Source: an uncultured Dysgonomonas sp.
Lineage (GTDB): Bacteria > Bacteroidota > Bacteroidia > Bacteroidales > Dysgonomonadaceae
NCBI GenBank assembly: GCA_945273835.1
Contig: CALYPL010000001.1
Coordinates: 15,540-79,539 of the forward strand
Reading direction: 5' to 3'
Length of the DNA: 64,000 nt
Part shown: in pieces, positions 1-9,565 of the stretch
How the letters are laid out: each line of letters begins with the position of its first letter
Numbering within the stretch: position 1 is the stretch's first letter
Notes under the pieces: generated by a model
The model's input: the letters and a program-made list of their open reading frames with translations, nothing else
What the model was told of the DNA's origin: nothing
The model's database searches: none
Translations under genes and position numbers: made by a program

Positions 1-897
1 TTCTTTATCATTATAGAACGGTACCAACACGGCATTGTTCATTATCAGGAAATTCGCATAAGTAGCAGGCAATCTTTGATTATCTTCATCAAAAACAGGT
101 GAAGCCATCGGTAAAGGTATAAGATTATACGGTTTACCTTGATAATCGACAAACGTAGCTAATTGATCTTCCATTTTCTTTAATGCGTCATAATGTTCGT
201 CTTGCTCGTTATCAATTTTTACATAAGCAATTGTATTTTCGTCACAAAAGCGTGCAAGCGTATCAATATGGCTGTCTGTATCATCTCCCGCGAGGTAACC
301 ATGATCGAGCCACAATACTCTTTCTAAGCCAAAAATTTCTTTCAGGTAAGATTCTATTCCTTCTTTTGATAGATATGAGTTTCTATTAGGAGACAATAGG
401 CACTCGCTTGTAGTAAGCAATGTTCCTTTTCCATCCGATTCCACCGCTCCTCCTTCGAGTACAAAATTCTTTCGATTGATTAATTCCACGCTTTCATCGA
501 ATATTTTTCGAGCATATAATCCTCGTGTTATCTGATTATCGTATTCTGATGGAAATTTAAGTCCCCAACCATTAAATGTAAAGTCATAGATACATTTTTT
601 CCGGTCTATGAATACTGATATTCCACTGTGATCTCTTGCCCACGTATCGTTTGTCGGCAATTCGATTAACACCAAATTGTGATGGTATTCTTTGTATTTT
701 TCCAGTTCATATTTTACGCTCTCAGCTTCCCTACATACTATAACGAGCTTTTGCCTTTTCATAATCTCAAAGGCTAAATTACTGAAACATTGGGTCACTT
801 CTTTTATCATATAACCCCAATCGCTTTGATAATGAGGCCATGTAAGCTGTATAGCACTTTGTGGATGCCATTCAGCCGGAAAGAGTATTCTACTCAT
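1..897 (-). CDS. Agmatine deiminase family protein (peptidylarginine deiminase-like), 3' end runs off the window
   Basis: Manual translation; not in the ORF track because there is no stop in the window. ATG at 897 gives MSRILFPAEWHPQSAIQLTWP...TNDTWARDHSG...FNGWGLKF...LEGGAVESDGKGTLLTTSECLLSPNRN...GDDTDSHIDTLARF...RLPATYANFLIMN, all hallmark AguA-family motifs. Confidence 0.93.
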   Translation of the reverse strand, partial: MSRILFPAEWHPQSAIQLTWPHYQSDWGYMIKEVTQCFSNLAFEIMKRQKLVIVCREAESVKYELEKYKEYHHNLVLIELPTNDTWARDHSGISVFIDRKKCIYDFTFNGWGLKFPSEYDNQITRGLYARKIFDESVELINRKNFVLEGGAVESDGKGTLLTTSECLLSPNRNSYLSKEGIESYLKEIFGLERVLWLDHGYLAGDDTDSHIDTLARFCDENTIAYVKIDNEQDEHYDALKKMEDQLATFVDYQGKPYNLIPLPMASPVFDEDNQRLPATYANFLIMNNAVLVPFYNDKE

Positions 898-920
898 AAT
901 CAATACTGTTTTTTATATAA

Positions 921-928
921 CAAAGATA
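921..928 (-). promoter_or_regulatory. Bacteroidetes sigma-A -7 box upstream of the agmatine deiminase gene
   Basis: TATCTTTG on the minus strand, 24 nt before the ATG; matches TAnnTTTG. Confidence 0.55.
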
Positions 929-939
929 TGGAAAAACCG

Positions 940-1749
940 TCAAAGAAGTATTCCACCGGTCAACATTCTACCTGAATTAATACCCTGACGCCTCGCTGAG
1001 AAAAAATAATCGGGATTTGAGTAGGTACAAAGATTAGAGAATTCAACGTTTCGGGGTAATACCGACATTCCTAAAAGTTGTGCATAATTGGCTTTGCACA
1101 AGTCAATATGTAATTTCCCCGATTTACTATCTTTATATGAGATTGGTGACAACAGCAAACCTTCTTTAATAAATATCTCACCTACTTCATCACCTACTTC
1201 AAATTTTTCGGGCGATATGAAAGGACCTATTCCAACGATTAAATCACATGGATCACTATCATATTCTGCTATCATCCGTGCTATCGTTTTTGAAGCTATT
1301 CGCTTAACTGTTCCTTTCCATCCGGCATGAATGGATGCGACCACATTCTTTACAGGGTCGAAGATCAATATCGGCACACAATCAGCAGTAGTAACACCGA
1401 TGAAAACGTGTTTTTGGTTGGTTATAATAGCATCAACATCATCTAATTTTTGTAATTTATATTCTGTGGATAACGAAAACCACTCTTCTGTTACTGATAA
1501 AATATTGTCACCGTGAGTTTGATGCGGGACAATGATTTCATCGGTATTTATTTTAAGCAAATCTGCAAGTATGGCCCTGTTTTTTTGAACATTTATTGTC
1601 TCATCTCCGCAATACTCACCCAAATTCATCGACGTATAATTGCCGGAGCTTATTCCTCCTTGTGTAGTTGTCGTAAACTGGCATATTCTTTCATCGGGAA
1701 ATTTCCCGAATTGGAATAATGGAATACCTTTGATATTTTTAAGTTTCAT
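940..1749 (-). CDS. pgeF: Peptidoglycan editing factor PgeF / YfiH (purine nucleoside phosphorylase-like, laccase domain)
   Basis: Motifs MNLG, PHQTHG, DAIIT, TADCVPIL, IHAGWKG, LCT...FFSARR. Confidence 0.92.
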   Translation of the reverse strand: MKLKNIKGIPLFQFGKFPDERICQFTTTTQGGISSGNYTSMNLGEYCGDETINVQKNRAILADLLKINTDEIIVPHQTHGDNILSVTEEWFSLSTEYKLQKLDDVDAIITNQKHVFIGVTTADCVPILIFDPVKNVVASIHAGWKGTVKRIASKTIARMIAEYDSDPCDLIVGIGPFISPEKFEVGDEVGEIFIKEGLLLSPISYKDSKSGKLHIDLCKANYAQLLGMSVLPRNVEFSNLCTYSNPDYFFSARRQGINSGRMLTGGILL

Positions 1750-2654
1750 TCGATGTCAATTTTAATCCAATCATCGGGTACAATATCATTATTTTTACAT
1801 CTTTCAGGGTCATTATACCACATTTTGGGAGCTATCACGATTTTATCTTCATAATTGTTAAGCCATGCTCCCCACCAGCTGAAAGTACTATTGGCTATAA
1901 TGTTATATTTGCAATTACTCATTAATTGCATATCGATATAGCTATTTACTCCTGTGTTATTTTGAACAAATACAACCTTTCGATCTTCGAGGAAATCGAA
2001 GTTTGCTTTAACCCAAGCTATGTCATCAGAGAAAATATAATAAGATAAATCAGTACCTAATTTCTTTTCAAGATAGTTCAGACTATTTAAATAATACTGA
2101 TAAGAACACACATTGCCAACTATGTTCCTGTAAAATTCGTTTGAAATATAATCTCCTCTACGCACATGCAGGCTTACTGATTCTGATTGTTGCATATCGG
2201 ACAAAAGAAGGTTATTATCCGGACTTAATTCTCGAATAAACGTGAATTTACCGAGAATTATTGATCGAATATTTTTAAAGTACTTTTCATCTTTCCAAAG
2301 TCCCTGCAAATAAATCTGTTTTATACTGCTATCTAAATTAAACACACGTGCGTCATAAGTATAGATTTGCTCTTTGTAGTATGTCTTTTTCTGACCGAAA
2401 AGTTTCCGTCTAAGCCGTGAAGGAAAAGACCATGAATCGTCAATTAGAGATTTAACCCCCTTCTCTTCGGAAATTACGGGATCATCTATTCCGAAAACAT
2501 AATCAAGCTCATAACCTCTATTATCATCAGTATGTTGAAAACGACCAGTATACAATTGAACTGAACCTTTTCCATAATGATGTTCAATTGCTTTAGCAAA
2601 AGCATAACAAAACATCTGGTTACCTAATCCTCCGATTATTTCAACTATAAACAT
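1746..2654 (-). CDS. Alpha-1,2-fucosyltransferase, GT11 family
   Basis: GGLGNQMF, VSLHVRRGDY, FSDDIAW, DMQLMSNC...IIANSTFSWWGAWL. Confidence 0.92.
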   Translation of the reverse strand: MFIVEIIGGLGNQMFCYAFAKAIEHHYGKGSVQLYTGRFQHTDDNRGYELDYVFGIDDPVISEEKGVKSLIDDSWSFPSRLRRKLFGQKKTYYKEQIYTYDARVFNLDSSIKQIYLQGLWKDEKYFKNIRSIILGKFTFIRELSPDNNLLLSDMQQSESVSLHVRRGDYISNEFYRNIVGNVCSYQYYLNSLNYLEKKLGTDLSYYIFSDDIAWVKANFDFLEDRKVVFVQNNTGVNSYIDMQLMSNCKYNIIANSTFSWWGAWLNNYEDKIVIAPKMWYNDPERCKNNDIVPDDWIKIDIE

Positions 2655-3520
2655 TATTGAATCAATTTTTTAAAAGCGTATTTCACTCCCCACCATCGAC
2701 CATACCACTTCCGAAGCTGAAAGCGATGTTTATAATGCCAGGGGCTTTTATAATAGATCTCACGTTTAGCCCAAATCGGATAAGCATACATTATATTCCA
2801 TCCGTCTTTATCGCATTGATTGGGAGATATTTCATTACGTGAAATGCTGTCTACTTTATATTTTTTAGCAAGTATAGAAAATATGCTTTGATCATGGCGA
2901 TTTTCAGAGAATCCATCGAAATTGGATGATTTTGAGCGTCTATCGGTTAACAGGTCAAAATGATTATAAACTACATCAATCCACTCATCGATAAATGCCA
3001 TAGAAGAAGCATTTTTTTTAAGAAAAACGATTGTAGCCTCAAACTGCTTTGTATGCGTATAAAATTGGTCGTCTCTTACTCCGAAAAAGTCGAACACATC
3101 GCCTTTTGTCCATTGATAATCGTAAAATTCCACTTCATACCGACCATCAGAACTAACTTCTTGTGCTCTGACTCCTAAAATTCCGGATTCTGAATTATTT
3201 ACTATCTCAAGATATTCATTCATTCTATGAATACCTTGCAAGTTAAAGGAACAGCCCAAATCAGTGTACAACAGAATATCGCCTTGATTTATTTTATCAA
3301 GTGTCTGTTTAATGATTAATGGTTTCCACCCCCAATAACCATAGCCGCGTGAATAAGGATGTAAATATCTCCCGAATTTACGCTTAAATTCAGGCTCTAA
3401 ATCATTTTCATCATAAGTGAATATTTGATCGAATATACCGAAACTTTCGGCCTCTTTCCGATAACGTTCAAACCCTTTAGAAATCGGATAGTTAGCAAAA
3501 GTACAAACAACCTTTTTCAT
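2654..3520 (-). CDS. Uncharacterised putative GT-A-fold glycosyltransferase (paralog 2)
   Basis: Clean 288-aa ORF with GDILLYTDLGC (DxD-like position) and ENRHDQS motifs; 1-nt overlap with the fucosyltransferase gene. The CDS is secure, the function is inferred. Confidence 0.6.
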   Translation of the reverse strand: MKKVVCTFANYPISKGFERYRKEAESFGIFDQIFTYDENDLEPEFKRKFGRYLHPYSRGYGYWGWKPLIIKQTLDKINQGDILLYTDLGCSFNLQGIHRMNEYLEIVNNSESGILGVRAQEVSSDGRYEVEFYDYQWTKGDVFDFFGVRDDQFYTHTKQFEATIVFLKKNASSMAFIDEWIDVVYNHFDLLTDRRSKSSNFDGFSENRHDQSIFSILAKKYKVDSISRNEISPNQCDKDGWNIMYAYPIWAKREIYYKSPWHYKHRFQLRKWYGRWWGVKYAFKKLIQ

Positions 3521-4377
3521 CTGCTCATCATTTTCTTGAGAAAATACTTTACAGACCAGATCTTATCATATATCTTACGTATCTTGAATCGAAACCGATA
3601 ATGGAGCTTGCTTTTGTAGTATTTATCGCGCATAGCCCAGATGGGATATTTTTCAAGCAAAGCCCAGTTTTGATTTTTGGGAAAAATTTCATTTGTTGAT
3701 AAGGTTGGTATATCATACTTTTTTACCAGAATAGAGTACAGGCTCTGATCATGCCGATTTTCTACGAATCCATCGATATTTTCTGATCGTGAAGGTTGGT
3801 CAGATATCAAAGTCGTATCAGTACAGATAGCTTTATACCACTCTCTTACAAAGTCAACCGATTCCTTGCACTTTCGAATGAAAATTACGGTGGCTTCTAC
3901 TTGGGTAGTATGAGTAAAATTTCTATTATCCCTGACTCCGAAATAGTCAAATACATCGCCTTTGGTCCACTGATAATCATAGTATAGCGTTTCGGGCATA
4001 CCGTTATAACTTTCTGTATAGCTGCGAAAAGCCAACATACCTAAAGGCGAGGTATTAACCATATCAAAATACGTTAATAGTCTGCCCCGACCTTTTGGAT
4101 TGAAGAAACACCCCAAATCTGTATACAAAAGGATATCTCCATCCTCCATCTTATCTAAGGTTTTCATCAATAAATAAGGCTTCCACGACCAAAAACCATA
4201 ACCTCGAGAGTACGGATAGTAATATCGCCCATATAGACTTCTAATATCGCGTCCTAAATCTTTTTGGGTATAAAAAATAATTTCATCAAATACCTGCATA
4301 CTCTCCGCTTGTTCCTTAAAACGTGGAAAGCCTTTGGTCAAATAATCATTGGCAAAAGTACAGAGTATTTTCTTCAT
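3517..4377 (-). CDS. Uncharacterised putative GT-A-fold glycosyltransferase (paralog 1)
   Basis: 286 aa, collinear with 2654..3520; shared PYSRGYGxWxWKP, GDILLYTDLGC, YDYQWTKGDVFDxFGVRD, ENRHDQS, YPIWA. Confidence 0.6.
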   Translation of the reverse strand: MKKILCTFANDYLTKGFPRFKEQAESMQVFDEIIFYTQKDLGRDIRSLYGRYYYPYSRGYGFWSWKPYLLMKTLDKMEDGDILLYTDLGCFFNPKGRGRLLTYFDMVNTSPLGMLAFRSYTESYNGMPETLYYDYQWTKGDVFDYFGVRDNRNFTHTTQVEATVIFIRKCKESVDFVREWYKAICTDTTLISDQPSRSENIDGFVENRHDQSLYSILVKKYDIPTLSTNEIFPKNQNWALLEKYPIWAMRDKYYKSKLHYRFRFKIRKIYDKIWSVKYFLKKMMSR

Positions 4378-4397
4378 TATTAATCGGTAGTTTAGTA

Positions 4398-4405
4398 CAA
4401 AATTA
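4398..4405 (-). promoter_or_regulatory. -7 box for the glycosyltransferase cassette
   Basis: TAATTTTG on the minus strand, 21 nt before the ATG and downstream of the pepD terminator. Confidence 0.55.
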
Positions 4406-4442
4406 GAGCTTTTATTGGACTATACAACACTCTAAAAAATAA

Positions 4443-4475
4443 ATACCCCCTTATCCGTTTAGGCTAAGGGGATAT
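4443..4475 (-). terminator. Intrinsic terminator after pepD
   Basis: CCCCTTA...TAAGGGG stem followed on the minus strand by a T-rich run. Confidence 0.65.
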
Positions 4476-4501
4476 AATTCTAAATTATTGTCGTAAAGAT
4501 A

Positions 4502-5968
4502 TTATTTCAATAGCTCCAATGTTTTAACCAAATAATTATAGAATGGTTCAACAGTATTAATCTCAACATATTCGTCAGGTGAATGTGCATTGAGGATTGT
4601 CGGACCGAAAGACACGATATCAAGTCCCGGAGTGCTTGACAAAATTATACCGCATTCCAATCCGGCATGAACCACAACCACATTGGCATCTTCGCCAAAC
4701 ATTTCTTTATAGAGATGGGACATGACATCCAACGTTTTTGAGCTGGCGTTTGGCTGCCATCCCGGATAGGGATTTTCAACCACAACTTTTGCTCCGGCAA
4801 GCGAGAATACACTCTCTAAACTTGAACAGATTTCATCTTTACGGCTTTCTGACGAGCTGCGTGTTAAAATCCGAATTTCGATTTTACCGGGTAGAGACTT
4901 AACTGAAGCTAAATTTGTTGATGTTTCAACAATGCCTTTAAAAGCCTCATCAGCCAACATACTGATCACTCCATTCTGACAACCCACAACTGAATTAATT
5001 AAGCTATCTTGAATTTCTTCAGGAATCAATGTTTTTGGCAATTCACATTTTTCGGCTTTAAAACTCATATTTGGTTCTGTAGCCTTATATTCATCCTTGT
5101 AAATTTCAAGGTAATCATCAACCAAACCAAGAAAATCTTCAACATCCTCTTCAGGAAGTGTCACAATAGCGAATGCCTCACGAGGAATAGCATTACGCAA
5201 CGATCCTCCATCAACCCAAGACAGACGCACTTCATATTGGCTTACTGCTTCTTTCAGAAAGAAGAACATCAGTTTATTGGCATTAGCTCGTCCAAGATGA
5301 ATTTCAGTTCCGGAATGACCGCCACGGAGCCCTGTTAGACTAATCTTATAAGCAACATCTCCTTCGGGAACTTCAACGTCTTTAAACTCCCAGTCAGCAT
5401 TAACGTCTGCACCACCGGCACATCCTACGCACAATTCGCCAAGCTCTTCGGTATCCAGATTCAATAGAATATTGCCTTTCAAAAAGCCACTTTCAAGACC
5501 GAATGCCCCTACCATACCAACTTCTTCGTCGATGGTAAACAAAGCCTCAATCTTACCATGTTTCAAATCTTTATCAGCTAAAACAGCCATTGCTGCCGCA
5601 GCTCCGATACCGTTGTCAGAACCAAGTGTTGTGGAACGTGCTCTTACCTTATCTCCATCAATAAACGCATCAATAGGGTCTTTTAAGAAATCGTGTTTAA
5701 CATCTGAGTTTTTTTGCGGAACCATATCGAGGTGTGATTGCAAAATAACAGTCGGAGCGTTCTCCATACCTTTACTGGCAGGCTTTACGATCAATACATT
5801 CCCCACCTTATCCTGTTTAGTTTCAAGCCCCAAGGACTTTCCATAATTCATTACAAAGTCAGTGACTTGTTTGGTGTGACCTGTTGGACGTGGGATTTGT
5901 GTCAATTCATAAAAACACTCCCAGAGTTTGGCCGGCTTCAGTTCTAAAATATCCTTTGCCATAATCAA
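4502..5968 (-). CDS. pepD: Aminoacyl-histidine dipeptidase (M20 family)
   Basis: QSHLDMVPQK, TTLGSDNGIG, LFTIDEEVG, LLNLDTEE, HAGLECG, HSPDE. Confidence 0.93.
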   Translation of the reverse strand: MIMAKDILELKPAKLWECFYELTQIPRPTGHTKQVTDFVMNYGKSLGLETKQDKVGNVLIVKPASKGMENAPTVILQSHLDMVPQKNSDVKHDFLKDPIDAFIDGDKVRARSTTLGSDNGIGAAAAMAVLADKDLKHGKIEALFTIDEEVGMVGAFGLESGFLKGNILLNLDTEELGELCVGCAGGADVNADWEFKDVEVPEGDVAYKISLTGLRGGHSGTEIHLGRANANKLMFFFLKEAVSQYEVRLSWVDGGSLRNAIPREAFAIVTLPEEDVEDFLGLVDDYLEIYKDEYKATEPNMSFKAEKCELPKTLIPEEIQDSLINSVVGCQNGVISMLADEAFKGIVETSTNLASVKSLPGKIEIRILTRSSSESRKDEICSSLESVFSLAGAKVVVENPYPGWQPNASSKTLDVMSHLYKEMFGEDANVVVVHAGLECGIILSSTPGLDIVSFGPTILNAHSPDEYVEINTVEPFYNYLVKTLELLK

Positions 5969-6000
5969 TATATATTTAAATAATTAAAATCCATTTATAA

Positions 6001-6008
6001 CAAAGATA
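6001..6008 (-). promoter_or_regulatory. -7 box for pepD
   Basis: TATCTTTG on the minus strand upstream of pepD. Confidence 0.55.
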
Positions 6009-6254
6009 TAAAATAATAGCTATCTATATTTTACAAATACCGTTCATTTTAGATAAAAAGTAACAAAATAAACAGTTTTACAGCAATATTAAGGTTGTTT
6101 CTAAAAGCACTCATATCTTCCCCCAATTATTTAAAGCTAAAACATATAATATAGATAATTCATCTATCAGTTTATATCCATTAAACACCTTAAACAAACG
6201 TATAAATTTAAAAATTTTATACCCCGTGAAACACAAACACTATCTTACATTTTA

Positions 6255-6262
6255 TATATTTG
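6255..6262 (+). promoter_or_regulatory. -7 box for the pta operon
   Basis: TATATTTG about 50 nt before the pta ATG. Confidence 0.6.
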
Positions 6263-6313
6263 TAAGAGAAAAAAATTAACATATATATTTAAACCGAAAA
6301 TAAAAATATCATC

Positions 6314-7333
6314 ATGGAATTACTCAAACAGATAATCGAAAGAGCTAAGGCTAATAAACAGCGTATCGTTTTGCCTGAAGGTACTGAAGAGCGTACAATA
6401 AAAGCAGCTGATCAACTGATCGCTGACAATGTAGCCGACATAACCCTTATCGGGAATAAAGCTGAAATCGAAAAAATAGCTGCCGGTTTCGGTTTAAAAA
6501 ACATTGCTAAGGCAGAGATTCTTGATCCGGCAAACTACGATAAAAAAGAAGATTATACCAATTTGTTGTTTGAGTTACGTAAGGCAAAAGGTATGACGCT
6601 TGAACAAGCCTCTAAACTTGCCGAAGACCCATTGTATATCGGATGTTTGATGATCAAAAACGGTGATGCTGACGGCGAAATCGCTGGTGCCCGCAACACG
6701 ACCGGCAATGTATTGCGTCCCGCACTGCAAATCATTAAAACAGCACCGGGCATAAGCGTGGTTTCCGGAGCATTTCTGATGTTCACACAAGCCAAGGAAT
6801 ACGGCAAAGACGGATTGCTTGTATTTGCCGACTGTGCGGTAACTCCAGACCCATCGGCTGCTCAACTTGCCGAGATAGCGGTTGCATCGGGACATACTGC
6901 CCGTGCACTCGTGGGTGAAGAACCGCAAGTAGCGATGCTTAGCTTTTCAACCAAAGGCAGTGCAAAACACGAAATGGTTGACAAGGTAGTGGAAGCTACT
7001 AAAATAGCTCAACAATTAGACCCGACAATGAATATTGACGGCGAATTACAAGCTGATGCAGCATTAGTGCCAAGCGTGGGAGCAAGCAAAGCACCCGGAA
7101 GCAAAGTAGCAGGAAAAGCCAATGTGTTGGTATTTCCGTCCCTTGAAGTTGGTAATATAGCCTACAAACTGGTTCAACGTCTTGGCGGAGCCGAAGCAGT
7201 AGGTCCAATTCTTCAGGGAATGGCAGCACCTGTTAACGACTTGTCGCGCGGTTGTTCAGTCACAGACGTTTACAACATGGTAGCAATAGCTGCAAATCAG
7301 GCTATCGCCGCTAAAAAGAATAAAAAAAATTAA
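6314..7333 (+). CDS. pta: Phosphate acetyltransferase
   Basis: RIVLPEG, LRPALQII, FADCAV, AMLSFSTKGSA, DGELQADAA, GNIAYKL, GPILQG, DLSRGCS. Confidence 0.96.
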   Translation: MELLKQIIERAKANKQRIVLPEGTEERTIKAADQLIADNVADITLIGNKAEIEKIAAGFGLKNIAKAEILDPANYDKKEDYTNLLFELRKAKGMTLEQASKLAEDPLYIGCLMIKNGDADGEIAGARNTTGNVLRPALQIIKTAPGISVVSGAFLMFTQAKEYGKDGLLVFADCAVTPDPSAAQLAEIAVASGHTARALVGEEPQVAMLSFSTKGSAKHEMVDKVVEATKIAQQLDPTMNIDGELQADAALVPSVGASKAPGSKVAGKANVLVFPSLEVGNIAYKLVQRLGGAEAVGPILQGMAAPVNDLSRGCSVTDVYNMVAIAANQAIAAKKNKKN

Positions 7334-7337
7334 TTAT

Positions 7338-8309
7338 ATGGCAGAGATCATCGAACCAATTGAAGCATACGGACTAAGCAGAAAAAACGAAAAAAAATCT
7401 CTTTTCTCTAAAATCGGGGTTGTAGGATGCGGTCGTGACGGACGCAGTATCGTGAGCCTTGCTGCACAATCGGGAATGGAAGTTGTTTTTGTCGAAGTTT
7501 CCGAAGGACGCATTAAAGACGCTTTAGAGGATATAGGACAAGGCCTTGATACTAAAATCGAGAACTGGGGCTTAACCCAATCGGAGAAAAAAGGAATCAT
7601 GGGGCGTATCACCGGCACACTTGATTATAACGATCTTAAAAATTGTGATTTGGTAATTGAGTGTATTCGGTATGAAGCTAATGGTGAACGAAGCACAGAA
7701 CTAAGAAAAGAAGTGTTTCAGAAACTGGAAGAAATACTTTCTACCGACGCTATCATAGCTACTAACGCCACAACTGTTATTATCAGCGAACTGGCAGCCG
7801 TACTTAAACATAAAGAACGTTGTGTCAGCCTGCATTTTCCAATCGGTCATCCCGATGCGAAATTACTTGAGGTAGTGCGTGGAACATTCACATCGCCCGA
7901 AGTAATGAAAAAAATAGTTCTTTTTTCCAAACTCATCAAATACACATTGATAGAAGTACATGAGAGCAGCGGTTTGGTAAGCATGCGCCTCATGGTAACG
8001 ATGCTCAATGAAGCTTGCCAAATATGGATGGAGAACGTGGCAGATATGGAAGCCATCGACAAAGAATTTACAATCATTTACGGTCAACGTTATGGTATTT
8101 TTGAATTGGCTGACATCATCGGCATCGAAAAAATAGTTATGCAGATGGAAGACATGTTCCATGACTATGGTGACAAAAAATACAAAGCATCGCCGATATT
8201 ATGGCGTCTTTACCGCTCGAAACAATACGGACGTACGACCGGAAGCGGATTCTATGTTTATAATGATAAAGGAGAAATAGTCGGTCCGAATAAATTAATA
8301 TTATCATGA
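7338..8309 (+). CDS. 3-hydroxyacyl-CoA dehydrogenase family protein, divergent active site
   Basis: Rossmann GVVGCGRDG, CDLVIE, SLHF...KLLEVV, FELADIIG, GRTTGSGFY match the Hbd/FadB layout, but several canonical residues are changed. Confidence 0.8.
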   Translation: MAEIIEPIEAYGLSRKNEKKSLFSKIGVVGCGRDGRSIVSLAAQSGMEVVFVEVSEGRIKDALEDIGQGLDTKIENWGLTQSEKKGIMGRITGTLDYNDLKNCDLVIECIRYEANGERSTELRKEVFQKLEEILSTDAIIATNATTVIISELAAVLKHKERCVSLHFPIGHPDAKLLEVVRGTFTSPEVMKKIVLFSKLIKYTLIEVHESSGLVSMRLMVTMLNEACQIWMENVADMEAIDKEFTIIYGQRYGIFELADIIGIEKIVMQMEDMFHDYGDKKYKASPILWRLYRSKQYGRTTGSGFYVYNDKGEIVGPNKLILS

Positions 8310-9511
8310 AGATATTAGTCCTGAACTGTGGAAGTTCATCTATAAAATATAAACTGTTTGATATTGAATCCAAACAAGTAATTGCACAAGGTGGAATTGA
8401 GAAAATAGGGCTCAAAGGTTCATTTCTTAAATTTCCTTTGCCGAACGGAGATAAAGTGATTCTTGAAGGTGAAATACTTGAGCACCAATCGGGGATTGAA
8501 TACATCTTGGGAGTACTAACCAGCGAAAAATACGGTGTTATTAAATCGCTCAGCGAAATTGATGCTGTTGGACACAGGGTTGTGCATGGTGGCGAAAAAT
8601 TCAACAGCAGTGTATTAATTACGGATGAAGTGATAAAAGAGATGGTAGAATGTATTGAGCTTGCTCCATTGCATAATCCACCTAATCTTGCCGGTATATA
8701 TGCTGTTCGCGAATTGATGGGTAATATCCCACAAGTCGGAGTTTTCGACACAGCATTCCATCAGACAATGCCTGCGCAATCATATATGTACGGTATATCA
8801 TATTCTCTCTACGAGAAATATGCAATCCGAAGATATGGTTTTCACGGTACAAGTCACAGATATGTTTCACGTAAGGCATGTGAGATATTGGGTGTACCCT
8901 ATGAAAAGCAGCGCATAATAACTGCTCACATCGGTAACGGAGGTTCGCTAACAGCCATAAAAGATGGTAAATCATTCGATACTTCGATGGGAATGACACC
9001 TGTTGAAGGATTGCTTATGGGAACACGTTCGGGCGACATCGATGCTGGAGTAATATCTTTCATCATGGAAAAGGAAAATATAGGCACTCAAGCAATTTCA
9101 ACTTTGGTCAACAAACACAGCGGATTGTTGGGCATATCGGGGGTATCATCCGACATGCGCGAAATCAAAGAAGCTATAGCCAATGGGAACAAGCGCGCGC
9201 AACTCGCCGCTGATATTTTCAATTACAGAATAAAGAAATATATCGGGTCATATGCTGCAGCTTTGGGTGGAGTAGATATACTCGTCTTCACTGGTGGTAT
9301 TGGCGAAAACAATATTCCGACCAGAGAGGCTGCTTGTACCGGGCTTGAATTTATGGGTATTGAGATTGACAAAGAAAAGAATAATCAAGCACAGGGTGTT
9401 GAAGCAATAATCAGCACTGATTCATCTAAGACTACAATCATGGTGGTTCCGACTGATGAAGAATATATGATTGCTTGGGACACTAAAGAGATTGTCAGCA
9501 AAAAAAATTAA
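8306..9511 (+). CDS. ackA: Acetate kinase
   Basis: VLNCGSSSIK, GHRVVHGGE, APLHNP, VFDTAFH, RRYGFHGTSH, HIGNGGS, FTGGIGEN, PTDEE. Confidence 0.97.
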   Translation: MKILVLNCGSSSIKYKLFDIESKQVIAQGGIEKIGLKGSFLKFPLPNGDKVILEGEILEHQSGIEYILGVLTSEKYGVIKSLSEIDAVGHRVVHGGEKFNSSVLITDEVIKEMVECIELAPLHNPPNLAGIYAVRELMGNIPQVGVFDTAFHQTMPAQSYMYGISYSLYEKYAIRRYGFHGTSHRYVSRKACEILGVPYEKQRIITAHIGNGGSLTAIKDGKSFDTSMGMTPVEGLLMGTRSGDIDAGVISFIMEKENIGTQAISTLVNKHSGLLGISGVSSDMREIKEAIANGNKRAQLAADIFNYRIKKYIGSYAAALGGVDILVFTGGIGENNIPTREAACTGLEFMGIEIDKEKNNQAQGVEAIISTDSSKTTIMVVPTDEEYMIAWDTKEIVSKKN

Positions 9512-9524
9512 TATTTAGCAGATG

Positions 9525-9565
9525 ATAAAAAAACACGTTTCTTATTCGGAATCGTGTTTTTTTAT
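9525..9565. terminator. Bidirectional intrinsic terminator between ackA and the TPR gene
   Basis: ATAAAAAAACACG ... CGTGTTTTTTTAT inverted repeat between convergent genes. Confidence 0.75.

Noticed and set aside
3012-3019. A8 homopolymer in glycosyltransferase paralog 2 as a phase-variation tract
   Set aside because: The frame is intact, and runs of 8-9 A/T also occur in housekeeping genes in this window (for example ackA, the addB-like gene and ftsK).
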